The notes under the pieces are model-generated. The model was given only the letters and a program-made list of their open reading frames with translations, did no database searches and was not told where the DNA came from. The translations under genes were made by a program, and so were the position numbers. This document shows, in pieces, positions 8,505-17,466 of a DNA stretch of 64,000 nucleotides. Position 1 is the stretch's first letter, and each line of letters begins with the position of its first letter. Source of the DNA: a virus; IMG/VR virus record IMGVR_UViG_3300032323_000670, positions 32,001 through 96,000 of that record; one strand, 5' to 3'.

Positions 8505-8844
8505 TGTATTTGATGTATGTGTATTTGCATTTACTGGTTTAAGTGCTGGTATGGCTATAGGTGTAGCCCTTAGAAATAAGAAGATTACTAATCTTCAGGA
8601 TGAACTAGACTATCTAGAAAATAAGTACACCAATTTGGTAGATGGTTATACTGATTGTATTATTGAGAAGCACAAGTTACAGTTTGAGAAGTATTTAAAA
8701 CCTATTCCTCCAGTTAAGAAGGAAGATGTTGTTACTACCGCCCCTGCTAGAAAGCAAGCCGGAAGACCTAAAGGAAGTAAGAATAAAACTAAAGAGAATG
8801 TCAAATCAACTACCCGTAAGTATACGCGCAAAAGTAGTAAATAA
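8491..8844 (+). CDS. Membrane-anchored coiled-coil protein with a basic AT-hook-like tail
   Basis: N-terminal TM segment, coiled coil, GRPKGSKNK motif. Confidence 0.6.
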   Translation: METFNVFDVCVFAFTGLSAGMAIGVALRNKKITNLQDELDYLENKYTNLVDGYTDCIIEKHKLQFEKYLKPIPPVKKEDVVTTAPARKQAGRPKGSKNKTKENVKSTTRKYTRKSSK

Positions 8845-9172
8845 GAATTTAGAGATAGATCCTTTGGGATCTGCTAAGTTAGGTTTGTTTATCAAGGGCT
8901 TGCAAGACGGAGAGATGGTTACAATCACCTATGAAGTTATCTCTAATGATGCTAGCTATGCCCAAATGAGCAAACTGCACAAACATATTCGTGAACTTGC
9001 AAACTATACTGGTGACACCTTTGAAGACATGAAGCTTCAAGTTAAACTACGTGCTGGTCTATGTACTGACAAAGACTGTAGATCTTTTAGTGATTGTTCT
9101 AAAGAAGAACTCTCTATGGCTATCCAAGCCAGTATAGAAATAGGAGAACTAGTAGGGTTTAGTCTTTATTGA
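8798..9172 (+). CDS. NinB/Orf-like recombination-associated protein
   Basis: SYAQMSKLHKHIRELANYTG..FEDMK...RSFSDCSKEELSMAIQ resembles the NinB-like pattern; start MSNQLP. Confidence 0.5.
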   Translation: MSNQLPVSIRAKVVNKNLEIDPLGSAKLGLFIKGLQDGEMVTITYEVISNDASYAQMSKLHKHIRELANYTGDTFEDMKLQVKLRAGLCTDKDCRSFSDCSKEELSMAIQASIEIGELVGFSLY

Positions 9173-9476
9173 CTTTCTCCCCTGTCTCTATATCTACATT
9201 TATCTTTTCAGTATGACCCTGTTTTCTAGCTTCCTCTTCTACAAATAGTAAGAAAGACAGCAGGGTTCTGAAGTGATATGAGTGAGCATCTTCATTATCC
9301 TTACCTTCCTTTATGTTATTAAGAATCTGTTGAAAGTGTTCACCATCTTTAACAGGGAAGAACTCAAGCATAAATTGATTAAATCTGAAATAGAAATCTA
9401 CTGGAAGTTTGACATCTATCACAGTGTCTTTTTTCAGTATTTCTATTTCTCTGGTCTTTGGTTTTTGCTCACTCAT
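9159..9476 (-). CDS. Hypothetical protein, lone minus-strand gene in the left arm
   Basis: MSEQKPKTREIEILKK... 105 aa fills the gap between the NinB-like gene and UDG. Confidence 0.7.
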   Translation of the reverse strand: MSEQKPKTREIEILKKDTVIDVKLPVDFYFRFNQFMLEFFPVKDGEHFQQILNNIKEGKDNEDAHSYHFRTLLSFLLFVEEEARKQGHTEKINVDIETGEKVNKD

Positions 9477-9498
9477 AAAATTAATTTTAAACAAAGCT

Positions 9499-10203
9499 AT
9501 GTTAGATACAGTAAATATACAAGAAGTACAGGATAAACTGTATGAAAAGTTAAAGGAGTCTGGGTGGTCATCTAGACTTAAAACGTTTATGATAAGTGAT
9601 GATATGACAAAGATCTTATCTACACTACTCAAAGAAGCAATGGATAACAAAAGATTTACCCCTCAAGTAAAAGATATCTTTAATGCATTTGAAGAATGTC
9701 CATTTGATACTACACGAGTTGTACTCATAGGACAGGACCCTTACCCCACATTAAATGCAGCTGATGGTTTAGCCTTTAGTTGCAGCAAGTCATCTATTCA
9801 AAAGTCTTTATCATACATGCATGATTCTATTAAGAAGACTGCTGTACCTGGATATATTGGAGACGGTGATCTCAGACCGTGGGCTAAACAAGGTGTATTA
9901 TTACTTAATACAGCTTTTACTACTACTCTTAGTAAACCTGGTACTCATCAGTTACTTTGGCGTCCGTTCTTTGTACAAGTGTTAGATAGTTTGATTTGGG
10001 AGAAACCCGGATTAATCTATGTATTCCTTGGTAAGAAAGCACAAGAGTATGCTGACCTGGTACCTGATAACAACTACAAGATCCTAGTATCTCATCCTGC
10101 AAGCGCTGCTTATAGTAACCTTGAAGAATGGGACTGTGAAGACATGTGGAACCGTATTAATAAATACCTAGAACAAGATGCCCAAAGACCCATATCCTGG
10201 TAG
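9499..10203 (+). CDS. ung: Uracil-DNA glycosylase, family 1
   Basis: VVLIGQDPY, GLAFS, WAKQGVLLLNT, HPAS motifs; start MLDTVN. Confidence 0.93.
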   Translation: MLDTVNIQEVQDKLYEKLKESGWSSRLKTFMISDDMTKILSTLLKEAMDNKRFTPQVKDIFNAFEECPFDTTRVVLIGQDPYPTLNAADGLAFSCSKSSIQKSLSYMHDSIKKTAVPGYIGDGDLRPWAKQGVLLLNTAFTTTLSKPGTHQLLWRPFFVQVLDSLIWEKPGLIYVFLGKKAQEYADLVPDNNYKILVSHPASAAYSNLEEWDCEDMWNRINKYLEQDAQRPISW

Positions 10204-10477
10204 AATTAAGGTTAAACTTGTAATGGATCCAAGGTTTGGTGAAGTACAGTTTGAAATAGAAGGAACAAATATTAAAAACAAATGTCTGTATGATGCGCTA
10301 TCTGAACATGGTATTGAGCTTAAAAGAGCTAAGTATATTGTAGAAGATGTAACCAAGTGTACAAACACTGGTAAGTTTTATCATATGGAACCAATAGATT
10401 ATGTAAAGTATGGCAGAGAAAGACGTTATGAAGCTGAGAGGGAATATCAAGCAAGATTTGGCCCAGCTCAATTATGA
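10178..10477 (+). CDS. Hypothetical protein
   Basis: 99-aa ORF. Confidence 0.55.
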   Translation: MPKDPYPGRIKVKLVMDPRFGEVQFEIEGTNIKNKCLYDALSEHGIELKRAKYIVEDVTKCTNTGKFYHMEPIDYVKYGRERRYEAEREYQARFGPAQL

Positions 10478-10931
10478 TTTGAACCTAGTAATTTCTAAGT
10501 TCTTTAATAGCCTTCAAAAGGATTTGAATAAGTATGATAAGTTCATAGGTAATTCTCATTCTATTATACCAGGTATAGATAACTTTCAGATTGTAGTTGA
10601 TTTAGCTGAGGAGTTGTACCCTGATGATAAACCGTTTACTAAGAATATGAAGTGGCGTAAGACCCAGATTATTATCATTAGGCAATGTTGTTATCTAATA
10701 GGTAATGAACTTGGTTTAAGTTATTCTCATATGGTGAGAGTTCTTAATCAGAATCACGGAGAAAAAGTTACTCATCATGCTACTATGCTGCACGGTGTAA
10801 AGAAAACTCGTAATGCATTAGAAATCAAAGACAAAGCTGTGTTACCTATATGGAGTAATCTAATAGCTAAGATGCAAGAGAGAAACTTCTCAAAAACGTT
10901 TGTATCTTTAGATCAAGTTGATGCCCTATGA
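10410..10931 (+). CDS. Protein with a DnaA domain IV (HTH)-like region
   Basis: RQCCYLIGNELGLSYSHMVRVL...HHATMLHGVKK resembles DnaA-C (RQxxMYL..SL..IG..DHTTVLHA.KK). Confidence 0.65.
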   Translation: MAEKDVMKLRGNIKQDLAQLNYDLNLVISKFFNSLQKDLNKYDKFIGNSHSIIPGIDNFQIVVDLAEELYPDDKPFTKNMKWRKTQIIIIRQCCYLIGNELGLSYSHMVRVLNQNHGEKVTHHATMLHGVKKTRNALEIKDKAVLPIWSNLIAKMQERNFSKTFVSLDQVDAL

Positions 10932-11509
10932 AAGAACTGTTTGAATATCTAGAAGCTAAAGATATAAGACCTAATGGTCTCTATGTCTTATGGTGTTTAT
11001 CTAATCAACGTAAGTCTGTTCTTACTAATGCGGAAGTACATGCAGAACTAAGAAGATTAGTTAACTTAGGTTTTATAAATACTGACTACAGTGTAACCGC
11101 AGAAGGCTTTCAAGTTCTCTCATTTATACCAACAAGTGAAGGACAAGCTGTACCTGATGTTACTCCTGTAGGTAGTATGGATAATATAGATACTTTTGTT
11201 TCTATATTCCCCAAGGGTAAACTACCCAGTGGTAAACCTGCTAGAGTAAACAAGAAGAATCTTGAAGAATCTTTTAAGTGGTTCTTTAAGAACTATACGT
11301 ATGATTGGGACACTATCTTACGTGCAACATGGTACTACATAGAGACCTATGAAAAGGCTAACTATATGTACATGAAGAACTCACAGTACTTTATACGCAA
11401 ACAGAACACGGATAAATCTTGGGACTCTGAACTTGCTAACTACTGTGAGATAATTATTAACGGAGATGATGAGCCTGCAACTCCTCATTTTACAGACAAA
11501 GTAGTATGA
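10928..11509 (+). CDS. Putative replication initiator/replisome organiser
   Basis: N-terminal wHTH-like segment (LRRLVNLGFI), C-terminal F...FP..K...YM....YFI domain; upstream of the helicase. Confidence 0.5.
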   Translation: MKELFEYLEAKDIRPNGLYVLWCLSNQRKSVLTNAEVHAELRRLVNLGFINTDYSVTAEGFQVLSFIPTSEGQAVPDVTPVGSMDNIDTFVSIFPKGKLPSGKPARVNKKNLEESFKWFFKNYTYDWDTILRATWYYIETYEKANYMYMKNSQYFIRKQNTDKSWDSELANYCEIIINGDDEPATPHFTDKVV

Positions 11510-11703
11510 CGCAAAGAAAATTTGAGAAGATAATGCTAATGATATTAGCATCTGTAGTTATGAGTGTAGTGTGCTGGAGTTTAATAGATAATTTAATTAT
11601 TCCTGTTACTTTTTTTGAGTACATTTTAATTGAAATTCTCTTGCTTTTTGCATACAAATCTTATATATTTGTAGTCAAGCAGATTCATGCTATAGAAGAA
11701 TAA
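11506..11703 (+). CDS. Small 2-TM membrane protein
   Basis: Two hydrophobic helices. Confidence 0.55.
   Translation: MTQRKFEKIMLMILASVVMSVVCWSLIDNLIIPVTFFEYILIEILLLFAYKSYIFVVKQIHAIEE
11664..11671 (+). promoter_or_regulatory. TAnnTTTG (-7) promoter element
   Basis: TATATTTG with TTG 20 nt upstream; precedes the helicase gene. Confidence 0.45.
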
Positions 11704-11716
11704 TCCTGTATATTTA

Positions 11717-12706
11717 ATGTCTAAGCAACACCTTTGGAAAAGTCAAAAGGAAGGGTATAATGACTCCTTACGTTACCTGAAAGGTAGAATGGAGGGTGTT
11801 ATTAAATCCATTAGGACACCATGGGATAAGTTTAATGACGCTACAACTGACGGTCTAGAATGGCACTCTATGACAGTTATAGGTGGAAGACCTGGTAGCG
11901 GGAAAACTCTTATTAAAGACCAAATAGTAAGAGAAGCATTTAAACTTAACCCAACTGAGAGTTTTCGTGTGTTAGAATTTCAATTTGAAATGCTGGCGCG
12001 TACCTCTGCAATAAGAGAATATAGTAGTGTACTTGGTAAGTCCTACAAGTATCTCTGTAGTGCAGATGGTAAGCTTACACTAGATGACCTTCAGATATGT
12101 TACAACTATGCAAAAGAGAAGGTTGTATTACCGATTGATATAGTTGAGGAACCAATCACCGTAAATGAGTTTAAGGAAGCTGTTGCTGACTACATGAAAG
12201 CACACATGATCTTAAATGACAATGGAGAATATGAGTTCACAAAAACTATTATTACTCTTGACCACTCTTTGCTCTTGAAGAAAGCACCATTTGAGAAGGA
12301 CAAGTTTGATACCTTGTATAACTTAGGAGAAGCTATTACGGAACTTAAGCGTAAGTATCCAATAGCCTTCATTATCCTGACTCAGTTAAACAGGGGTATT
12401 GATAATCCTGAAAGAAATGAAGACGGTAAGTATGGTAACTACATACTTGAGTCTGATATCTTTGGATCAGATGCCTTACTTCAACACTCTGATACTCTAA
12501 TAGGTATCAACAGACCAGGTAAACAGAAGATCAAACTGTATGGTCCTGATAGATATCTAATAGAGGATGACAAAGTTTTAGTATTACACTTTTTAAAATG
12601 TAGGAATGGTGATAACCGTATGAGCTTCTTTAAAGCACAGTTTGAAAGAATGCGTATTACAGAGATGCCTACTCCTCCACAGCAAGAAAAAAGACAAAAG
12701 ATTTAA
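11717..12706 (+). CDS. dnaB: DnaB-like replicative helicase (RecA-fold domain only)
   Basis: GGRPGSGKT, FQFEM, ITLDH, LTQLNR, SDIFGSDALLQHSD, KCRNG. Confidence 0.9.
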   Translation: MSKQHLWKSQKEGYNDSLRYLKGRMEGVIKSIRTPWDKFNDATTDGLEWHSMTVIGGRPGSGKTLIKDQIVREAFKLNPTESFRVLEFQFEMLARTSAIREYSSVLGKSYKYLCSADGKLTLDDLQICYNYAKEKVVLPIDIVEEPITVNEFKEAVADYMKAHMILNDNGEYEFTKTIITLDHSLLLKKAPFEKDKFDTLYNLGEAITELKRKYPIAFIILTQLNRGIDNPERNEDGKYGNYILESDIFGSDALLQHSDTLIGINRPGKQKIKLYGPDRYLIEDDKVLVLHFLKCRNGDNRMSFFKAQFERMRITEMPTPPQQEKRQKI

Positions 12707-12708
12707 TT

Positions 12709-13242
12709 ATGGCAATAAGTACAAGCAACCCCGGTCAAGTAATGACAACGGAAGACAGAAAGATTAAGATCGCAGAACTAAGAGATCATCATCAACCTAT
12801 TTTTGATGCACTTGATGTAAGCAATGCACTCTTCTTTCCTAAAATGGCATACAGACCAAAGGATAAGAATGAGAAACATCTTAGTTTCTTTCCTAGTGAA
12901 TTGAAACGTGGATATGATATCTACACAGAGTTTGTTAGTCGTGAGTATGAAGCAGAGGATCAAGAGCGTACACTATGGAAGTGGCGTTTTAATCCACACT
13001 GGGAAGAAGAATATGAGGCTACCAAAGATCTACAACCTAGATATCTTATTCCTGTATCTGAACTAATCAAGGTTACACCACCTAAGAAACCTATTACTAA
13101 ACAAACTGATTTCTTTGACGATGAGTTTAGTGTTTCAGGTGATGATGCACCATTTAGTGAAATGACCATCAGAGACTTAGCAGCTATCCTTATGAGAGAG
13201 CCTATAAGTAAGAAAGAATGGTTAAATAATTTAATAAAGTAA
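12709..13242 (+). CDS. Hypothetical replication-region protein
   Basis: 177-aa ORF between the helicase and the ATPase. Confidence 0.7.
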   Translation: MAISTSNPGQVMTTEDRKIKIAELRDHHQPIFDALDVSNALFFPKMAYRPKDKNEKHLSFFPSELKRGYDIYTEFVSREYEAEDQERTLWKWRFNPHWEEEYEATKDLQPRYLIPVSELIKVTPPKKPITKQTDFFDDEFSVSGDDAPFSEMTIRDLAAILMREPISKKEWLNNLIK

Positions 13243-13243
13243 C

Positions 13244-13987
13244 ATGGAAATTAAACTCCCTACTGGTAAGGTTCCAGCTGAGGCATTGAGCCCTAGGAAC
13301 CTGATTATCTTTTCAAAGCCAAAGACTGGCAAGACTACACTATTATCACAGCTTGATAACTGTTTGATCTTAGATCTTGAGAAAGGTTCTAAATATCTTG
13401 AGGCAATGAAGGTTGAGGCCAACTCAATTGCTGATATCAAAGCTGTAGGTAAAGCTATTAAAGAAGCTGGTAATCCCTATGCTTACATTGCTGTAGATAC
13501 CATCACTGCATTAGAAGAGATGTGTATTCCTTACGCTGAAGAGTTGTACATGAAGACCCCTATGGGTAAGAACTGGCCAACTGATGGTAAGCCTAAGTAT
13601 GGAACCATCATAGGACTACCTAATGGTGCCGGTTATCAGTATCTTAGAGAAGCTTTTACTAAAGTTGTAGCTTACATTCAAACGTGGGCACCAAGAATAA
13701 TACTGGTAGGACACGTGAAAGATACCGTTCTGGAGAAGAATGGATCTGAATTCAATGCCTTAGATCTAGACTTGACAGGTAAACTTAAAAGGATTACCGC
13801 ATCTAACTCTGATTCTATAGGCTACCTTTACAGAAAAGGAAAGCAAAACATCTTGAGCTTTAAGACTAGTGATGACATCGCATGCGGTGCAAGACCTAAG
13901 CATCTAAGTAATCAAGAGATAGTTCTTTCTGAAGTTGATAAGAATGGTGAGGTAACTACTCACTGGAATAAAATTTATGTTGATTAA
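13244..13987 (+). CDS. Sak4/AAA_24-like P-loop ATPase (recombinase-like)
   Basis: SKPKTGKTT, LILDLEKG, IAVDTIT, ILVGH. Confidence 0.8.
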   Translation: MEIKLPTGKVPAEALSPRNLIIFSKPKTGKTTLLSQLDNCLILDLEKGSKYLEAMKVEANSIADIKAVGKAIKEAGNPYAYIAVDTITALEEMCIPYAEELYMKTPMGKNWPTDGKPKYGTIIGLPNGAGYQYLREAFTKVVAYIQTWAPRIILVGHVKDTVLEKNGSEFNALDLDLTGKLKRITASNSDSIGYLYRKGKQNILSFKTSDDIACGARPKHLSNQEIVLSEVDKNGEVTTHWNKIYVD

Positions 13988-13998
13988 TATTAAGTAAA

Positions 13999-14685
13999 AT
14001 GATAAGTACAAACATCCCAGACGAAGGCTCAAGCAGCGTATCAAAAGTTCTACAACCAGGTAACCACACTGTTACTGTTAACTCTGTTAGATTAGATGCA
14101 CCACCATATAATAGAAGCGCTTATAGTTTAGTTCTATTACTAGAAGGTCCTGATATGGGTGAAGGTTTTGAAGGTTTCTTCTTTAACAAAGACAATGAAT
14201 CTTTAGGACGTCACAAAGGTCAGGTAGCATATGTTAAAACATCTCAGTATGCATATGCTGATACTACAACTAAAACGGGTGTAGTAATCAACCGTGACAT
14301 GGAGATTGTGAAAGCTCTAAAGAATCTATGCCGCGCTCTTAATTGTCTTGACTGGTTTCAAGCAGAAGATATGAAGCATGAGACTGTAGAAAGTCTTGTT
14401 GAAAAGTTCAATCAGGATAAGCCATTTGGTGATAACCAATTGAGTTGCTGCATCGGTGGTTCTGAGTATACTAACAAGCAAGGTTATACTAACTTTGATT
14501 TGTATTTTGTTAAACCAGGTAGAGGTCAGTATGCATATGAGCCTGCTAACACTCCTGTTAATGAAAGCAAACTAGTAACTTTTGATGCTGATACACATAT
14601 CAAAAGAAAGAAAGTTGAGACTGTTGCTTCCTTTGGTGATGGTGTAACTACCTCATCTTCAGTAGGTGACGATTTTCAGATTTAA
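13999..14685 (+). CDS. Putative single-stranded DNA-binding protein
   Basis: Follows the Sak4-like gene; beta-rich LQPGNHTVTV start; acidic-aromatic tail GDDFQI. Confidence 0.55.
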   Translation: MISTNIPDEGSSSVSKVLQPGNHTVTVNSVRLDAPPYNRSAYSLVLLLEGPDMGEGFEGFFFNKDNESLGRHKGQVAYVKTSQYAYADTTTKTGVVINRDMEIVKALKNLCRALNCLDWFQAEDMKHETVESLVEKFNQDKPFGDNQLSCCIGGSEYTNKQGYTNFDLYFVKPGRGQYAYEPANTPVNESKLVTFDADTHIKRKKVETVASFGDGVTTSSSVGDDFQI

Positions 14686-14704
14686 TTAATTTGATAATTG
14701 ATGG

Positions 14705-14732
14705 AAAGGGGAGTATCTTCACTCCCCTTTTT
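14705..14732 (+). terminator. Intrinsic terminator hairpin
   Basis: AAAGGGGAGT-atcttc-ACTCCCCTTT followed by TT, intergenic after the SSB candidate. Confidence 0.8.
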
Positions 14733-14749
14733 GTCATTATAATAATACT

Positions 14750-15718
14750 ATGATTAGAACTAAATCTCTTGTTGATTCTCTTAGTGATGTACCATCTAAC
14801 TGGGTATTTGAAAACTACTGCGGTCTTAGTGAAAGACTTACAGGTCAAGATGTAAAGATTAAGTCTCTGTTCAATCAAACAGAACGTACTCCTAGCTTTG
14901 TGATATTCTTTAATGATAACAAGTATTTCTATAAGGATTTCTCTAGCGGTAGGGGTGGTAATGGTTTTAATCTTGTAATGAATCTTTTCAATCTGACATC
15001 TTCTCAAACTGTAGCCAAGATCTTGTTTGATTATAATGAGTTTATGTTAAGCGGTAAGACAGCACTAGATATAAATTCATTTAAGAAGCAAGCTAGATAC
15101 CAGGTTAAAGATTATAAAGCTAGACAGTGGGTTAAAGGTGATGCAGAATTCTGGACTTCATTTGGTGTTGACTCTGATACATTATCTAAGTTCAAGGTTA
15201 TACCTGTAGATAGTTACCGTATGGAGAAAGAGACAGGTGAGAAACTAACTATCAATGGTCCTAACATATATGCATATACCAGATTAGATGGTACAGTATA
15301 TAAGGTATATCAACCTAAAGTTGCTGAACATAAGTTCCTAAAGGTTAAGAACTATATCCAGGGTACTGACCAGTTAAAGTTTGATCAACCTAATCTTGTA
15401 ATCTGTAGTTCTTTAAAGGATGCCATGTGTCTTACTAAGTTTGGTTATAACACTGAAGTTGTAGCACCAGATAGTGAGAATACATTAATACCTCCTGGAG
15501 CTATTGCAATGTATCAGCTCAAGTATAAAACTATATGTACTCTCTTTGATAATGATGACGCTGGTATTAAAGCCGCAGAGAAGTATCAAGAGCAGTATAA
15601 TATCCCGGGTGTTATCTTACCTATGTCTAAGGATCTATCTGATTCTGTTAGAGACTATGGTATACCTGAGACTAGAAAAGTGTTACACCCTTTATTAAAA
15701 GAAGCATTAAAAAAATAA
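14750..15718 (+). CDS. DNA primase (TOPRIM, crAss-like type)
   Basis: ERTPSF..F....YKDFSSGRGG N-terminus; SSLKDAM, APDSE, LFDNDDAG, KDLSD. Confidence 0.85.
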   Translation: MIRTKSLVDSLSDVPSNWVFENYCGLSERLTGQDVKIKSLFNQTERTPSFVIFFNDNKYFYKDFSSGRGGNGFNLVMNLFNLTSSQTVAKILFDYNEFMLSGKTALDINSFKKQARYQVKDYKARQWVKGDAEFWTSFGVDSDTLSKFKVIPVDSYRMEKETGEKLTINGPNIYAYTRLDGTVYKVYQPKVAEHKFLKVKNYIQGTDQLKFDQPNLVICSSLKDAMCLTKFGYNTEVVAPDSENTLIPPGAIAMYQLKYKTICTLFDNDDAGIKAAEKYQEQYNIPGVILPMSKDLSDSVRDYGIPETRKVLHPLLKEALKK

Positions 15719-15722
15719 AATT

Positions 15723-15941
15723 ATGGGAATTTCATATGAAACGCAAGTAGAAGAATGTCGCTCTTTAACTAGACATGAGCGTCTTCGTGAGATAGTTGGA
15801 AAGTATTGTCTACCTGACCAAGCTGATAAGGTAATCCTTACAGTATTAGCTGATGTTCAGGGTTATGATGATGCAGATACTTATCGTAATGTTAACAATA
15901 TTATAAAAGAACTTGCAACAAGTAACTTAGGTATAGAATGA
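15723..15941 (+). CDS. Hypothetical protein
   Basis: 72-aa ORF. Confidence 0.55.
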   Translation: MGISYETQVEECRSLTRHERLREIVGKYCLPDQADKVILTVLADVQGYDDADTYRNVNNIIKELATSNLGIE

Positions 15942-16357
15942 GTTGGATATATCAGCATAAAGAATTTACCGAGGAGATGATTCCTGATGGTGCTGTAGGA
16001 TTTGTATACCAGATGGATGTTATCATAGATGGTGAACGCAAGTCCTACATTGGCAAGAAGAACTTCTTTGCGGATGTTAAGACAAAGCTTTCTAAGAAGG
16101 CATTGTCTACTGATAAACGCAAGAAGACTTACAAGCGCGTAAGAAAAATTGTATATCAAAATTACTACAGTAGTAATGAGAAACTTAAGGCAGCTCATAA
16201 GGCTGGAGTACAAATCAAAAGGACTATCCTAAAGATATGTTACTCTAAGACAGAGCTCTCTTATCAAGAAGTTAAATACCAATTTATGTGTGAAGTACTA
16301 GAGAAAGACTTCTGGTTAAACGCTAATATCTTAGGTAGATTCTATAAACAAAAGTAA
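15938..16357 (+). CDS. GIY-YIG endonuclease (T4 endonuclease II-like)
   Basis: GFVY...YIGKK...YYSS...R.IL...E...NANILGRFY. Confidence 0.8.
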   Translation: MSWIYQHKEFTEEMIPDGAVGFVYQMDVIIDGERKSYIGKKNFFADVKTKLSKKALSTDKRKKTYKRVRKIVYQNYYSSNEKLKAAHKAGVQIKRTILKICYSKTELSYQEVKYQFMCEVLEKDFWLNANILGRFYKQK

Positions 16358-16358
16358 T

Positions 16359-16718
16359 ATGGCAAGCTTAAAGACAGCAACCTTATTTGCAGCATTGAAA
16401 GATGCTGGTGTAACACATGTAGAAATTAGATATGATGGCGGAGGAGACTCTGGCCAGGTGGAAGATGTAGAATTTTATGGAAACAATTTAGATACTGCTG
16501 CTCTTAATGATAAGTTTGAAGGAGATCTACAAGACCTAGCTTATCATATACTTGAGGAGCATTATCAGTATGACTGGTATAACAATGATGGTGGTTATGG
16601 AACTATAGACATTGACTTTGAAGAGGAACCTCCTACTATAAATATTAATGGTTATGTAAGAAATCTTACTGATGCTTATGGTTCAGTTGACCTCACAGAT
16701 ATTAAGTGGAAAGAATAA
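16359..16718 (+). CDS. Acidic DUF6878-like protein
   Basis: GVTHVEIRYDGGGDSGQVE...DWYNNDGGYGTI motif. Confidence 0.65.
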   Translation: MASLKTATLFAALKDAGVTHVEIRYDGGGDSGQVEDVEFYGNNLDTAALNDKFEGDLQDLAYHILEEHYQYDWYNNDGGYGTIDIDFEEEPPTININGYVRNLTDAYGSVDLTDIKWKE

Positions 16719-17059
16719 TGGCGCATCCATATGATCATGCTCGCAGTTCCGCTAAGAAGTGGGGAGGTGAGCCTGAGGAATACATGCACATTCATGAATG
16801 GTTTGATGCTACTAAGGCCTGGTATGGTCATAGTATGCATAGATTATTCAGGCATCACAGTGAAGGTATCTTTGAATGTGAAAGGGTCTTCGGGCCCTTC
16901 TTTGTTAACTCGGTAGGTAAAAAAGTTATGACTCGCTATGTAGGCGAGCAACATGTAAAAGAAGATTGCAATGGTTATCTACCAAGTGCAAAGGAGTGGA
17001 TTACTAATATGAATAACCCTCCGGTATGGATGTTAAAAACTTTAAAAATTGAAGACTAA
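16718..17059 (+). CDS. His-rich DUF6915-like protein
   Basis: MAHPYDHARSSAKKWGG..EEY..IHEWFD..K....HR..RHH.EGIF..E..FG...EQHVKED; TAATG coupling. Confidence 0.7.
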   Translation: MAHPYDHARSSAKKWGGEPEEYMHIHEWFDATKAWYGHSMHRLFRHHSEGIFECERVFGPFFVNSVGKKVMTRYVGEQHVKEDCNGYLPSAKEWITNMNNPPVWMLKTLKIED

Positions 17060-17466
17060 TGGGAGAAGTATTTAAACTTGATGAGACAACATACAAGAAC
17101 TTGTTGTCAATGGCTAAGTCTGTAGATAGAGAGAACCATATTGTGGTTAAGAATCTTATTGACTCCTCAGATATTGAGGCCAACTTACCCTATGTACTTA
17201 TGTTATATAAGGAAGCTGGGTATAAGAATATAAATCTTGAACAAGATACCATAGAAAAGATAAAAAGCTTTACAGGTATTACTTATGGTAATACATTAAC
17301 CTGGAATCATATCTATGAGATTCTTCACAAAAATGTGAATGTTGATCCTATAGCTATGGCATTCTTCATTAACAGATTTGCAGAAGAGTTAGGGAAGCAA
17401 TTAGAAACTGCTGGTTTTAGTTTCATGGAGAAGTATCAACTAACATTAATAGCTAAAGGTAAATGA
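17059..17466 (+). CDS. Helical protein sharing a domain with 19846 and 20961
   Basis: LDETTYKNLLSMAKSVDRENHIVVKNLI...YVLMLY. Confidence 0.7.
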   Translation: MGEVFKLDETTYKNLLSMAKSVDRENHIVVKNLIDSSDIEANLPYVLMLYKEAGYKNINLEQDTIEKIKSFTGITYGNTLTWNHIYEILHKNVNVDPIAMAFFINRFAEELGKQLETAGFSFMEKYQLTLIAKGK

